Below, in pieces: positions 1 to 9,482 of a stretch of DNA of 64,000 nt. The stretch's first letter is position 1, and the number at the start of each line of letters is the position of its first letter. Made by a program: the position numbers and the translations under genes. The notes under the pieces were generated by a model. It did no database searches and was not told the DNA's origin. It saw only the letters and a list, made by a program, of their open reading frames with translations. This stretch comes from Bacillota bacterium (GTDB taxonomy: Bacteria > Bacteroidota > Ignavibacteria > Ignavibacteriales > SURF-24), in the NCBI GenBank assembly GCA_050262615.1, contig JBLNEL010000329.1, forward strand, positions 2,651-66,650, written 5' to 3'.

Positions 1-1381
1 TGATGATGATGAAGGCGTAAGAGAAACCCTGAATATCGGTCTCAAAGAGCTTAAGGCCAGGATCCTACTTGCAGGCAACGGGCGGACGGGAATTGAGATG
101 CTCGAACATGAACATCCTGATCTGGTAATTACGGACCTGAAGATGCCTGATCTTACGGGTATAGATGTACTTAAAAAAGCAAAAGAATTTGACGACAACA
201 TGCCGGTAATTCTGATCACTGCTTTTGATGATATGTTTCTTACAATAAAGGCTATGCAGATGGGGGCATATGATTATATCGAAAAGCCTCTGGATATGAC
301 GAGATTTATTGTTACAGTAAGGCGTGCTCTGGAGAGCAAGAAATTAAGTGAGCGGTTAGTTACCGCTATTTCTAAAGACAGTGAGGCCTACCAGGCTGAA
401 AACAGCCTAATTGGAAAAACCCAGGAGATGAAGGAGATACTGAAAAAGATCGGGAAAATATCTTCCAGCAAGGTAAGCATACTTATACAGGGAGAAAGCG
501 GAACGGGAAAGGAATTAATAACTAAAATTATACATTATACAGGCATTACAAAAAGTCAGCCATTTATAGCTGTAAATTGTACAGCGCTTTCAGAATCCCT
601 GCTTGAGAGCGAGCTATTCGGGCATGTAAAGGGGGCATTTACAGGAGCAGTAAGGGATAAAAAAGGCAAATTCGAGCTTGCCGGAGAAGGCACAATTTTT
701 CTTGATGAGATTTCCGAGATCTCGCCTAATCTGCAGGTAAAGCTCTTAAGAGTAATTCAGGAGCGGGAATTCGAAAGGGTCGGGGCTGAGAGCACAATTT
801 CAATGAACGCAAGAATAGTTGCCGCTACGAACCGTAATCTTCAGCAGCTGGTTCAGGAGGGAAAGTTCAGGGAGGATCTTTATTACAGGCTAAAGGTATT
901 TACAATTGATATACCGCCTTTAAGAGAAAGGAAGGAAGACATTCCGGCGCTTGTGGTGCATTTCCTCAGAAAAATAAATAAAGATCTTCACAAGAATGTC
1001 AGCAAGATCCCGTATGAAGTAATGGAGATGCTGCAGAATCATGATTGGACAGGAAACGTTCGTGAACTTGAAAATACGCTGCTTCAGGCTGTTGTTCTTG
1101 CAAAAGGAGATGTGCTTGAAAAAGAAAATATACTTATAAGAAGGACTAACAATTATGCAAACTTAAACAATGCTTTTGAAAGGAGCAGATTAAGTCTTGC
1201 AGAGGTTGAAAAAGACCATATCAGGCTGGTACTTGAAAGTGTGAACTGGGATAAACAGGAAGCCTGTAAGATACTTAATATAAGCAAGGCTACTATTTAC
1301 AATAAAATTGAAAGCTACAGACTCTCTGAAAGAAAGGAAAACGTTGAAAGAAAAGAAAACCCTGTTGAGCAGGAAGTCTGA
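1..1381 (+). CDS. Sigma-54-dependent response regulator (NtrC-type bEBP); 5' end lies outside the window
   Basis: The frame stays open back to nt 2 (DDDEGVRETLNIGLKELKARILLAGNGRTGIE precedes the ORF-track Met at 98). Receiver motif DLVITDLKMPDLTG. AAA+ sigma54-interaction motifs GESGTGKE, GAFTGA, ELFGH. C-terminal Fis-type HTH (ACKILNISKATIYNKI). Confidence 0.92.
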   Translation, partial: DDDEGVRETLNIGLKELKARILLAGNGRTGIEMLEHEHPDLVITDLKMPDLTGIDVLKKAKEFDDNMPVILITAFDDMFLTIKAMQMGAYDYIEKPLDMTRFIVTVRRALESKKLSERLVTAISKDSEAYQAENSLIGKTQEMKEILKKIGKISSSKVSILIQGESGTGKELITKIIHYTGITKSQPFIAVNCTALSESLLESELFGHVKGAFTGAVRDKKGKFELAGEGTIFLDEISEISPNLQVKLLRVIQEREFERVGAESTISMNARIVAATNRNLQQLVQEGKFREDLYYRLKVFTIDIPPLRERKEDIPALVVHFLRKINKDLHKNVSKIPYEVMEMLQNHDWTGNVRELENTLLQAVVLAKGDVLEKENILIRRTNNYANLNNAFERSRLSLAEVEKDHIRLVLESVNWDKQEACKILNISKATIYNKIESYRLSERKENVERKENPVEQEV

Positions 1382-1406
1382 AAAAGAAGAGAGTATATTT
1401 ACTTTA

Positions 1407-1434
1407 AGCGGAGCCTAAAGGCTCCGTTTTTTTT
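1407..1434 (+). terminator. Rho-independent terminator after the bEBP gene
   Basis: Stem agcggagcc/ggctccgt with loop taaa, followed by a T8 run. It starts about 26 nt after the stop codon. Confidence 0.75.
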
Positions 1435-1493
1435 ACCAGTATTAAAGTTATCGAATAAATCTAACTCATTAAATTTAATGCAATAAATTTCGT

Positions 1494-1577
1494 CAAATAG
1501 GCTTCTCCAAATAGACATCTCCAAATAGACTTCTCCAAATAGACTTCATCGAATCAACTTCATTAAATCAATTCCTA
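1494..1577. repeat. 14-bp tandem array (about 6 copies, decaying at the edges); possible UAS
   Basis: Copies read caaataggcttctc / caaatagacatctc / caaatagacttctc / caaatagacttcat / cgaatcaacttcat / taaatcaattccta. More degenerate copies lie upstream from about 1452. The array sits about 140-220 bp upstream of the sigma-54-like promoter. Confidence 0.85.
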
Positions 1578-1713
1578 CGGGATATGTACCAGAAACATTT
1601 CAAACAGCGGAGATAATATAATAATTAGACTCACAGAGTTTAATATTTAGAATTAATCTTCAGATAAAGTCTTTTGAGTTTCGAAAAAAGATGAAAATCA
1701 AATTTTGTTTGTC

Positions 1714-1729
1714 TGGCACCAGACTTGAA
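1714..1729 (+). promoter_or_regulatory. Candidate sigma-54 (-24/-12) promoter
   Basis: TGGCAC-cagac-TTGAA matches the consensus TGGCAC-N5-TTGC with correct GG-N10 spacing and one mismatch (C to A in the -12 GC). It ends 34 nt before the ATG at 1763 and lies directly downstream of a bEBP gene. Confidence 0.55.
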
Positions 1730-1762
1730 GACCTACATTAATAAAAAAAAGAAAGGAATTTT

Positions 1763-2221
1763 ATGGCAGTTTCAACTGATTTTATCGAAGAAGTGATGGG
1801 GCTAATAGTTTTTGAAATATCCGGCAAGGAATTTTCTGCAAGCATAAAGGACATATATACAGTTATTAAGCCCAACTACGATGAACAGCCCGGACTGCAC
1901 TCCCCTTTTTATCCGCATCTTCTGATAAATAAGAAGAAAATACCAGTAATCAACCTTCACAAATTTTTCGGATTAAAAGCAAAGGCAGAGACCGACGAGA
2001 GCAGAATACTTATTGTCGAATCCTCTTCAGGGCATTTCGGTTTTTATGTAGAGTCAGTAAAAGAGGTATTTACAATAAGCATGTATATAAGGGAGAAGCT
2101 TACATTCATCTCTTCAAGCAGCAGTATGTATTTGAAAGGAAAGATAAGATATAAGGAAAGAGTGCTCAACCTTCCTGATTTTGAAAAGATAGCGGGTGAT
2201 CATCTTGTTATGGCTAACTAA
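1763..2221 (+). CDS. Single-domain CheW-like protein
   Basis: 152 aa, collinear with the CheW domain: LIVFEISGKEFSASIKDIYTVI, KKIPVINLHKFFGL, RILIVESSSGHFGFYVESVKEVFTI, YLKGKIRYKERVLNLPDFEKI. SD-like gaaagga lies upstream. Confidence 0.8.
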   Translation: MAVSTDFIEEVMGLIVFEISGKEFSASIKDIYTVIKPNYDEQPGLHSPFYPHLLINKKKIPVINLHKFFGLKAKAETDESRILIVESSSGHFGFYVESVKEVFTISMYIREKLTFISSSSSMYLKGKIRYKERVLNLPDFEKIAGDHLVMAN

Positions 2222-2259
2222 ATTAAGCAGTGTTTGTCTATTACGGAGGAAAAACAAAA

Positions 2260-4479
2260 ATGAAAAGCAGAAGAGAATTTCTGAAGATTATAGGTCTAAG
2301 CGGTGCGGGTTTATTGATCCCGTGGGGAAGGGCCGGGAGAGTTTTTGGCCATACATTATCAGATGGGGCCCTGAGGATAAATCCAAACAAACTTGATAAA
2401 TATGCAGACAAGCTGCCGATTCCAGGCGTATATAAACCAAAGGTTATTGAGGAGAACGGCATAAAGATCGATTATTACGAGATCAAAGTCCAGGAGTGCA
2501 GGCAATGGCTGCACAAATATTTTGAAACAGAAGGAGAATCATATAAAGCCAATCTCTGGGGATATGGTCCTTTAGGCGGGCAGGTCTCATCACCGGCAGC
2601 GACGATAGAGGCCAGGAAAGGCAGGCCTGTAAGGGTAAGGTTTATAAATAAACTTGATCCCACGGTGTCTCATCCGCTGGAGAAGGCATTAGATAAGACT
2701 TTGACCGGAGCAGAGGATCCGGTTATTCACCGTACTGTTACGCATCTTCATGGTGCTGAAGTGCCTTCAGACAGTGATGGATGGATGATGAAAAGTTTTA
2801 ATCCCGGGGAGGAATTTGTTTATAATTATCCAAACCTGCAGGAAGGTGCAACGCTGTGGTATCATGATCATGCAATGGGCATTACAAGGTTAAACACGCT
2901 GGCGGGTCTGGCCGGATTTTATCTCTTAAGAGATCCAAAGTATGAAGATGAATTCCTGGCAGGCGGAGTTATTAAGAATCCCGATTTTCTTAATCTTCCG
3001 AGGAACATTGGAGGTAAGGTCTATGAGATACCGCTTGCAATTCAGGACAGGCTATTGACAGAAAAAGGTTTGATTGATTATCCGTTTGAAGAAGTAGGTC
3101 AGACGGAGCATCCAAACTGGGCGCCCGAATACTTTGGTAATATAATACTTGTAAACGGAAAGGCGTGGCCATATCTTGAAGTTGAGGCGCGGAAATACCG
3201 TTTCCGGGTTCTAAACGGATCAAACTCAAGAGTATACAATCTGAAGCTTTCAGAAAATCTTCCGATTTATCTTATAGGTACTGATGGAGGGTTTATACCT
3301 CAGCCGGTTAAAATAGAGTCGTTAATACTAATGCCAGGAGAGCGGGCAGATCTGATAGTAGATTTTACAGGAGTTACTCCAGGCACAAAGATTTTGCTTA
3401 ATAATGATGCAAACGCTCCTTTTCCTGATGGTGATGCTACAGATGAGCACACAAGTCAGATAATGCAATTCAGAGTAATTCCACATGATCTACTTTTTCC
3501 TGATACAAGTTCAATACCGGCGGCAATTGCAGGGTTAAGGGCATTTATACCATATGATCCCAAAACATCAAATTACAAAAAGAGGACATTTACATTAAAT
3601 GAGCTTGAAGTAAACGGCACTCCGGTAATGGCAGTAGTAAACAATCGTGCATTTATGGACTGTTTATCAGAGGACGAATCGCCTGAATTCGGTGCAACCG
3701 AGATCTGGGAGTTTGTTAATATGACAATGGATGCTCATCCGATACATCTGCACTGTGTTCAGTTCAATCTTTTAAACAGGCAGGCATTTAATAGTGATGA
3801 AATGACCGGATATCCGGCAGAATTCTACAAAAACGGGCAGAACGGTCTGGAACTTGAAAATGGTCTGCACAGGCCGACAAGAAAACCGGTTTCAGTTCCA
3901 ATAGAGCCATATCTTACAGGTGAGCCTATATTGCCGAAGCCTGAGGAAAGATGCTGGAAGGACACTATAATAATGTATCCGGGTGAGGTTACCAGGATAC
4001 TTGTAGATTTCAGTGTAAGATTTAAGCCGACAAGTCCGGATGGATATGAAAGGTATGTTTATCATTGTCACATACTCGATCATGAAGACAATGAGATGGT
4101 GCGTCCGCTTGTAATAAGAGTGCCCGGGACGAAGTTCGATGATATGGCGCATATGAAAGGCAATTACACATCAGTTGCTTCAGGCGGGACTATGCCGGCG
4201 TCGGCGATGCTTATGCAAAATTATCCAAATCCATTTAATCCATCTACAGAGATATCCTTCAGGCTAGACAGGGTGGAGGATGTAGAACTAAAGGTTTACA
4301 GTATTAACGGTCAGGAGGTTTGCACACTTATTGAAGGAGGAACATACCAGGCAGGAGAACACAAAGTAAAGTGGAATGGGAAAACCGGTCATGGAGCCTC
4401 TGCAGCAAGCGGCACATATATCTGCAGATTAAAGACAAGCAGTTTCAGTCAGTCAATAAAAATGAATCTTATCAGGTAG
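2260..4479 (+). CDS. Three-domain multicopper oxidase (CotA/bilirubin-oxidase-like) with a Tat signal and a T9SS C-terminal sorting domain
   Basis: I prefer the ATG at 2260, which has a GGAGGA SD 9 nt upstream; the ORF track starts at a GTG at 2230. Tat motif SRREFLKIIGLSGAGLL. All four Cu motifs are present: HLHGAEV, WYHDHAMG, HPIHLH, HCHILDHEDNEM. The C-terminus NYPNPFNPSTEISF...KMNLIR is typical of a T9SS CTD. Confidence 0.9.
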   Translation: MKSRREFLKIIGLSGAGLLIPWGRAGRVFGHTLSDGALRINPNKLDKYADKLPIPGVYKPKVIEENGIKIDYYEIKVQECRQWLHKYFETEGESYKANLWGYGPLGGQVSSPAATIEARKGRPVRVRFINKLDPTVSHPLEKALDKTLTGAEDPVIHRTVTHLHGAEVPSDSDGWMMKSFNPGEEFVYNYPNLQEGATLWYHDHAMGITRLNTLAGLAGFYLLRDPKYEDEFLAGGVIKNPDFLNLPRNIGGKVYEIPLAIQDRLLTEKGLIDYPFEEVGQTEHPNWAPEYFGNIILVNGKAWPYLEVEARKYRFRVLNGSNSRVYNLKLSENLPIYLIGTDGGFIPQPVKIESLILMPGERADLIVDFTGVTPGTKILLNNDANAPFPDGDATDEHTSQIMQFRVIPHDLLFPDTSSIPAAIAGLRAFIPYDPKTSNYKKRTFTLNELEVNGTPVMAVVNNRAFMDCLSEDESPEFGATEIWEFVNMTMDAHPIHLHCVQFNLLNRQAFNSDEMTGYPAEFYKNGQNGLELENGLHRPTRKPVSVPIEPYLTGEPILPKPEERCWKDTIIMYPGEVTRILVDFSVRFKPTSPDGYERYVYHCHILDHEDNEMVRPLVIRVPGTKFDDMAHMKGNYTSVASGGTMPASAMLMQNYPNPFNPSTEISFRLDRVEDVELKVYSINGQEVCTLIEGGTYQAGEHKVKWNGKTGHGASAASGTYICRLKTSSFSQSIKMNLIR

Positions 4480-4535
4480 CTGAATTATTCAGGGATCCTG
4501 TTAAAAATAATCCAATTTCATTTACCTTCACAGAT

Positions 4536-4575
4536 AAAAAAAAGTCCCGCATTTATTTTTGCGGGACTTTTCTAT
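4536..4575. terminator. Bidirectional rho-independent terminator between convergent genes
   Basis: Stem aaagtcccgc/gcgggacttt with a 10-nt loop, an A-run on the 5' side and a T-rich tract on the 3' side. Confidence 0.75.
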
Positions 4576-4582
4576 TCAATTT

Positions 4583-4630
4583 AGCTGGTTATCAGCTCAG
4601 CTGGTTATCAGCTCAGCTGGTTATCAGCTC
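4583..4630. repeat. 16-bp tandem repeat x3 (agctggttatcagctc)
   Basis: Three perfect copies. Each unit contains the small inverted repeat AGCTG...CAGCT. The last copy overlaps the stop codon and last codons of the M48 peptidase gene. Confidence 0.9.
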
Positions 4631-5442
4631 GATTTCCTGTAATACTTCATAGCTTCAGGCAGTTCATCCTTGATTTTATTTATTCTTGTCTGGTCAGACG
4701 GGTGAGTGCTTAAGAATTCCGGGGGGGCACCTTTTGACTGTGCTGCCATTTTCTGCCAGAAGCCTACGGCGCTATTTGGATCATAGCCAGCCATAGACAT
4801 AAATATAAGGCCTAAGCGGTCGGCTTCACTTTCCTGAGTACGGCTAAAAGGAAGAAGTACTCCAACCTGTGCGCCTAAGCCGAAGGCTGCCATGTAGAGC
4901 TGTTGAGTAGCCTGAGGTTTTGTTTTAATAGCTTCCTGAAGAGCGATGCCGCCCAGCTGTGCCAGAAGTCCCTGGCTCATTCTCTCGTCGCCATGTTTTG
5001 CAACTGCATGTGATATTTCATGTCCCATTACCACAGCAAGGCTTGCCTCGTCGCTTGCAAGCGGCAGTATTCCCGAATAAACGACTACTTTACCTCCAGG
5101 CATGCACCAGGCGTTTACCTGCGGGTCCTCTACAAGGTTAAATTCCCACTGATAGCCTTTTAATTCATCTGAAAGGTTATTCTGAGCAAAATACTGTTCA
5201 ACGGCTTTTTGTATTTTAGATCCGACACGTTTTACCATTTGTGCCTGATCGGTGCCGGTTACTACTTTGTGGCTTTTAATAAAGTCGCCATACTGCTGAA
5301 AGCTCATCGATAGCATTTGAGAATTAGGAACCAGATCCAACTGTCTTCTTCCTGTTAAAGGTACGGTACTGCATTCAACAAGAATTAGTGAAAACAGTAA
5401 AACTACCGGGTACAGCAGATATCTTGAAATTTTCATAATCAC
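4624..5442 (-). CDS. M48-family zinc metallopeptidase, probable lipoprotein
   Basis: HEISHAV zinc motif, downstream ESEADRLG and STHPSDQTRI. N-terminal signal with LVEC lipobox-like cysteine. Confidence 0.88.
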   Translation of the reverse strand: MIMKISRYLLYPVVLLFSLILVECSTVPLTGRRQLDLVPNSQMLSMSFQQYGDFIKSHKVVTGTDQAQMVKRVGSKIQKAVEQYFAQNNLSDELKGYQWEFNLVEDPQVNAWCMPGGKVVVYSGILPLASDEASLAVVMGHEISHAVAKHGDERMSQGLLAQLGGIALQEAIKTKPQATQQLYMAAFGLGAQVGVLLPFSRTQESEADRLGLIFMSMAGYDPNSAVGFWQKMAAQSKGAPPEFLSTHPSDQTRINKIKDELPEAMKYYRKSS

Positions 5443-5573
5443 TTTTCCTCTTTATTGCTGTTATGTGAATATAAGTAAGAATTTGCGGAATTTTTGTACT
5501 ATCTCTTTAAAACAAACTAACAAGGAAAAAAGTTAATTTCAATTCTGAAAATTTACAAATAAAAAAGGATTGT

Positions 5574-7214
5574 TTAATCCTGATTTTGAATATAATTTGA
5601 ATTTTGAGTATAGTTTGGATTTTGGATATAATTTGCAGGGAGGTAATTTAATGACAAATTATAATAGTTATTTAACTGACGGTCAATCCAGTTTTTATCT
5701 TTTTTCAGTTCCCGGGCCATAATTTCAGCCACTTTCGGGGCCATTTTAAGGCCAAGCTGTACATTTAAGAAGAGAATGCGTCTGCGTCTAGCCAGAAAGT
5801 CTTCAATATTTCTAGCCATTTCATGTCTTACAGTCCAGAGTACTTCGCCGGCAAAAATGCCGGAAGAGGGGTAAAGTTCTTCAGAGAGTGCGCTGTTTTG
5901 TTTAATAAGTTCTTCAATTTCACGGGAATCAGAGCCATAGTCTTTAAGGTAGGGGTGAAGTTCAGTATCGGAATGGCTATCGTTTTGGCTGCAATAGCCA
6001 TGAATCTGCATATTCTTAGTAGTGGACTGTACAAATTTAAGTCCAGCAAGTTCAATTGCAGTATTTACTGTATCCTCAGCCATTTTTCTATAAGTAGTCC
6101 ATTTCCCACCTGCAACGGTCAGGAGGTTAGATTGTGATACTTCTATTTTATAATCTCTTGAGAGGCTGGCAGTAGACTTAGCGTTAAGGTCATTAATTAA
6201 GGGTCTAATACCGGCAAAAATGCTTAAAACGTCATTAATTTCAGGTTTTTTTGTCAGGTATCTTGAAATATGGGACAAAAGGAAAGTTATTTCCTCTTCT
6301 TTTGCCAGAGGTTCAAGTGAAGGTGTTTTGACCGGTGTATCTGTTGTACCAATAAGGACATGTTCTTTCCAGGGGATAGCAAAAAGTACCCGTCCGTCGT
6401 CAGTCTGAGGGATTAAAACAGCTGTTTTACCGGGCAGAAAGCTTTTATTTAAGACTATATGTACGCCCTGACTGGGTTTGATAATGTTTTCAGAATCAGT
6501 CCTGTCGATCTTTCTAAGGTTATCAGAGAAGATGCCGGTTGCATTAATAACGACCTTAGCCTTTAACTTATATTCTCTCAAGGTTTCCAGATCAACGGCA
6601 GTCACACCTTTTACCTTTCCGTTTTCTTTAATAAGGTCATCTGCCTTAAAATAGTTAATTATTCCTGCGCCAGATTCAGCTGCAGTCTGAGCCAGGTTGA
6701 TCAAGAGTCTTGAATCATCGAACTGTGCGTCATGGTAAATAACGCCTCCTCTTAAGTGTTTTGGTTCAATTGTGGGCACAAGTATGAGCATCTGTTTTCT
6801 GGATATCCACTTTGATCGTCCGATCCTTCTTCTTCCTGCGAGCATATCGTAGAGTTTTAATCCTGCGCCGTAGTAAGAATTTCCCCAGATATCATAGCCG
6901 GGGACTACAAAAGCGATACTTCTGACAAGGTGGGGTGCGTTCTTAATGAGGTTTCCCCGTTCCTTTAATGCTTCATAAACCAAAGAGACATTTCTCTGCT
7001 GAAGATATCTTACTCCCCCATGTATAAGTTTTGTACTCCGGCTTGAAGTGCCTTTTCCAAAATCATTTTGTTCAATAAGCAGTGTGCTGTAGCCTCTTGA
7101 AGAAGCATCGACAGCAATACCTACTCCGGTAGCTCCCCCGCCAACAATTAAGAAGTCCCAAATTTCTCCCGGGTCTTCCAGGCGGGAGATCATTTGATCT
7201 CTGTTCATATTCAT
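5574..7214 (-). CDS. glpD: FAD-dependent glycerol-3-phosphate dehydrogenase
   Basis: The N-terminus DFLIVGGGATGVGIAVDASSRGYSTLLIEQNDFGKGTSSRSTKLIHGGVRYL is the classical GlpD signature. Length 546 aa. Confidence 0.9.
   Translation of the reverse strand: MNMNRDQMISRLEDPGEIWDFLIVGGGATGVGIAVDASSRGYSTLLIEQNDFGKGTSSRSTKLIHGGVRYLQQRNVSLVYEALKERGNLIKNAPHLVRSIAFVVPGYDIWGNSYYGAGLKLYDMLAGRRRIGRSKWISRKQMLILVPTIEPKHLRGGVIYHDAQFDDSRLLINLAQTAAESGAGIINYFKADDLIKENGKVKGVTAVDLETLREYKLKAKVVINATGIFSDNLRKIDRTDSENIIKPSQGVHIVLNKSFLPGKTAVLIPQTDDGRVLFAIPWKEHVLIGTTDTPVKTPSLEPLAKEEEITFLLSHISRYLTKKPEINDVLSIFAGIRPLINDLNAKSTASLSRDYKIEVSQSNLLTVAGGKWTTYRKMAEDTVNTAIELAGLKFVQSTTKNMQIHGYCSQNDSHSDTELHPYLKDYGSDSREIEELIKQNSALSEELYPSSGIFAGEVLWTVRHEMARNIEDFLARRRRILFLNVQLGLKMAPKVAEIMARELKKDKNWIDRQLNNYYNLSLNYLPANYIQNPNYTQNSNYIQNQD
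5580..5633 (-). repeat. In-frame 18-bp tandem repeat x3 forming the GlpD C-terminal tail
   Basis: Encodes NYIQNP / NYTQNS / NYIQNQ immediately before the stop codon. Confidence 0.8.
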
Positions 7215-7413
7215 TATTTTATTTTACATTTTCGGGATATGATTCTTTACTAAACAAAATTGTTTTTATTATAATTTCACACATTTAAGGAGTCTGTATT
7301 TATCAGGCCGGCTGATCAGTAATAGTCATCAGTTAATTAATAAATATTCTAAGGAATTTTAAGTGCAATTTTCTTAACTTTTGCCCCAGTTAAAATTTCA
7401 AAGGAAAGGTTGA

Positions 7414-9204
7414 ATGAAAATGAATTTCAGAAGCTTCAGGCCGGTGTCCGGTTTTCTATATCTAAGTATTTATTTACTGTTTTTTACAGTTTTAAGTGCG
7501 CAGACAGTAAAATTAAGAGTAATAGAGACAAGTGACGTTCATGGTGCAGTGTTTCCGTATGACTTCAAAAATGATAAAAAAGCCGCAACCTCACTCTCAC
7601 AGGTTTATTCTTATGTTCAGAAGGAAAGAAGCAAAAAAGATCAGGAAGTAATACTGCTTGACAACGGAGATATACTTCAGGGTCAGCCGGTAGTCTATTA
7701 TTATAATTTTGAGAAGACGAATGTCAGGCACATACTCTCCGAGGTGATGAACTTTATGAACTATGATGCTGCAACTATTGGTAATCACGATATTGAAGCA
7801 GGTCATCCTGTTTATGACCGTATAAATAAAGAATTCAAGTTTCCCTGGCTTGCAGCAAATTCAATAAATAAAAAAACAGGGAAGCCATATTTCAAGCCAT
7901 ACAAAATAATTAATAAAAAAGGGGTTAAAATAGCTGTCTTAGGGCTGATCACTCCTGCAATACCGAACTGGCTGCCGGAGAAGATATGGCAGGGAATTGA
8001 ATTTGAAGATATGATAGAGTCAGCAAAAAAGTGGGTTAAGACAATAAAGGAAAAAGAGAGAGCAGATCTTATAATCGGGCTTTTCCACTCGGGGGTTGAA
8101 TATGAATACAACAATCAGACAGCAGACATGCCGAGGAATGAAAATGCATCAAGGCTTGTAGCAGAGCGTGTACCTGGTTTTGATATTGTTTTTACAGGGC
8201 ATGATCACAAGATATGGAATATGAGCCTGAAGAATTCTGAAGGAAAGGAAGTTATTCTCTGCGGTCCTACAAGTGATGCCAGGACAGTTGCTTCGGTTGA
8301 AGTTAATCTTGATTATAACAAGAAGAGTCATCAGTGGGATAAAAAACTTAAGAGTGAGAGTGTTGAAATAAAGGATTACGAGCCGGACAGTTCATTTATG
8401 AAAAAGTTCACTCCTTCAATGAACGAGGTAAAGAGTTATGTTTCAAAGCCCATAGGAGTTTTTACAGAAGCCATATCAACCAGAGAGTCACTTTTTGGAA
8501 ATTCAGCTTTTATGGACATTATTCAATCGATACAGTTAGAACTTACCGGTGCTGATGTTTCATTTGCTGCGCCGCTTTCATTTGATACGAAAATAGACAA
8601 AGGTACTATTTATGTAAGGGACATGTTCAAGCTTTATAAATTTGAAAATCTTCTTTATACGATGACGCTAACAGGTCAGGAGATAAAGGATTTTCTGGAG
8701 CATTCATATTCACTCTGGTTTAATCAGATGAAAAATGAGAATGATCATCTTATCAATTTTAAGCTTGATAGTAACGGCAATCCCCTTCAGAACCAGCGGG
8801 ATGGAAATTATGAATTGAAAGCCCAGTATTATAATTTCGACTGTGCTGCAGGTATAAACTATACGGTAGATGTTTCAAAGCCTTCAGGCAGCAGAATAAA
8901 TATAATATCAATGTCAGATGGAAAGCCATTTGATCTTTCAAAAAACTATAAAGCTGCTGTAAACTCATACCGGGGCAATGGAGGCGGAGGACATTTAACT
9001 GAAGGGGCAAAGATAAACAAGGATGAACTTGCTTCAAGGGTTGTTAATTCAACTGAAAAAGACCTGCGCTATTTCCTGATGAAGTGGATTGAAAACAGCA
9101 AAACTGTAACGCCGAAAGCTTTGGGCAACTGGAAAGTTATTCCGGAGGAGTGGTGGAAAGATGCAAAGGAAAGAGACTATAGACTTCTTTACGGAAAGAA
9201 ATAG
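7414..9204 (+). CDS. Secreted bifunctional metallophosphatase / 5'-nucleotidase (UshA/CpdB-like)
   Basis: Signal peptide, then metallophosphoesterase motifs SDVHG, DNGDILQG, GNHDIEAG, GHDH. The C-terminal half is consistent with a 5'-nucleotidase substrate-binding domain (NSYRGNGGGG). Confidence 0.88.
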   Translation: MKMNFRSFRPVSGFLYLSIYLLFFTVLSAQTVKLRVIETSDVHGAVFPYDFKNDKKAATSLSQVYSYVQKERSKKDQEVILLDNGDILQGQPVVYYYNFEKTNVRHILSEVMNFMNYDAATIGNHDIEAGHPVYDRINKEFKFPWLAANSINKKTGKPYFKPYKIINKKGVKIAVLGLITPAIPNWLPEKIWQGIEFEDMIESAKKWVKTIKEKERADLIIGLFHSGVEYEYNNQTADMPRNENASRLVAERVPGFDIVFTGHDHKIWNMSLKNSEGKEVILCGPTSDARTVASVEVNLDYNKKSHQWDKKLKSESVEIKDYEPDSSFMKKFTPSMNEVKSYVSKPIGVFTEAISTRESLFGNSAFMDIIQSIQLELTGADVSFAAPLSFDTKIDKGTIYVRDMFKLYKFENLLYTMTLTGQEIKDFLEHSYSLWFNQMKNENDHLINFKLDSNGNPLQNQRDGNYELKAQYYNFDCAAGINYTVDVSKPSGSRINIISMSDGKPFDLSKNYKAAVNSYRGNGGGGHLTEGAKINKDELASRVVNSTEKDLRYFLMKWIENSKTVTPKALGNWKVIPEEWWKDAKERDYRLLYGKK

Positions 9205-9263
9205 TACAATTTATAATTGAAATTATCTTAAAAACAGATAATTAAATTTAATAATAATTATCA

Positions 9264-9315
9264 GCAGGGGCTTAAAAAAGCGAAAAAACAAGCTTTTATC
9301 TAGTCCCTGCTTTTT
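9264..9315 (+). terminator. Possible terminator after the nucleotidase gene
   Basis: Outer stem gcaggg/ccctgc plus inner gctt/aagc, followed by TTTTT. The internal loop is long, so confidence is moderate. Confidence 0.5.
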
Positions 9316-9482
9316 ACTTTCCGGATTTAATATAAGCTGTAGCATTGGTAAAACGGGTTGTTTTCAGGGTCCTGTATCCTTTCAGAAGCCTGCAGTTATC
9401 CCCAATAATTTCTCCCCTATTTACTCCTTGAATTATATGTGAACATTTATAACTTTTAATTAATAAGGTAATTTATGCAGGC

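Noticed and set aside
2196-2462. Small ORFs overlapping the CheW-like/MCO junction (66 aa on +, 73 aa on -)
   Set aside because: They are out of frame with, or antisense to, the strongly supported oxidase N-terminus. Neither has an RBS or a motif.
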